A stretch of 25,280 nucleotides of DNA from Candidatus Nanohaloarchaea archaeon (lineage in GTDB: Archaea; Nanohalarchaeota; Nanosalinia; Nanosalinales; Nanosalinaceae). Shown piece after piece: positions 25,213 to 25,280 of the stretch (position 1 is the stretch's first letter; each line of letters opens with the position of its first letter). Under the pieces are notes generated by a model, which saw nothing but the letters and a program-made list of their open reading frames with translations, made no database searches and had not been told where the DNA came from. The position numbers and the translations under genes were made by a program. Location of the stretch: positions 1 through 25,280 of the forward strand of contig JBDGSE010000012.1 of NCBI GenBank assembly GCA_042217695.1. The letters are read 5' to 3'.

Positions 25213-25280
25213 TTAACCCTGTCGGAGGTACTTCTCCACGTCCCTGTCGAAACGCCACCGGTGTTCGCCGATGTTTTCCA
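25213..25280 (-). CDS. 3' end of a CDS entering from the right edge (partial, unknown product)
   Basis: The minus-strand frame reads ENIGEHRWRFDRDVEKYLRQG-stop (TAA at 25215-25213), ending just upstream of the 25186 start. Confidence 0.45.
   Translation of the reverse strand, partial: ENIGEHRWRFDRDVEKYLRQG

Overview
The window looks like a compact, gene-dense chromosome segment from a salt-adapted archaeon. Proteins are very acidic and Glu-rich, starts often look leaderless with TATA-like boxes about 25 nt upstream, convergent genes overlap, and a tRNA has a BHB-type intron. This best fits a nanohaloarchaeon/DPANN-type genome, which is an inference. Housekeeping content includes ThiI, a hexapeptide acyltransferase, DUF1405- and DUF4382-like proteins, two HAD hydrolases flanking thyA-folA, a TtuA/Ncs6-type tRNA thiolase, USP/OsmC/YjbQ/thioredoxin, a coupled polX-ligA pair, a sugar-phosphate nucleotidyltransferase and a HEXXH protein. 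Two regions stand out. (1) A self-contained chemosensory cluster at 11663-19724 (cheY, cheY, cheW, cheB, cheA, cheC, cheD, MCP, cheC-like) has no cheR, cheF or archaellum genes in it. Its CheW is fused through a long acidic linker to a consensus C2H2 zinc finger, its CheB has a pseudo-receiver domain, and its CheA lacks P2. (2) tRNA-Ser(CGA) carries a 134-nt highly structured intron. It is followed by two tandem hairpin-containing copies of the tRNA 3' end and an inverted copy. All assignments come from reading motifs by eye; no database searches were run.
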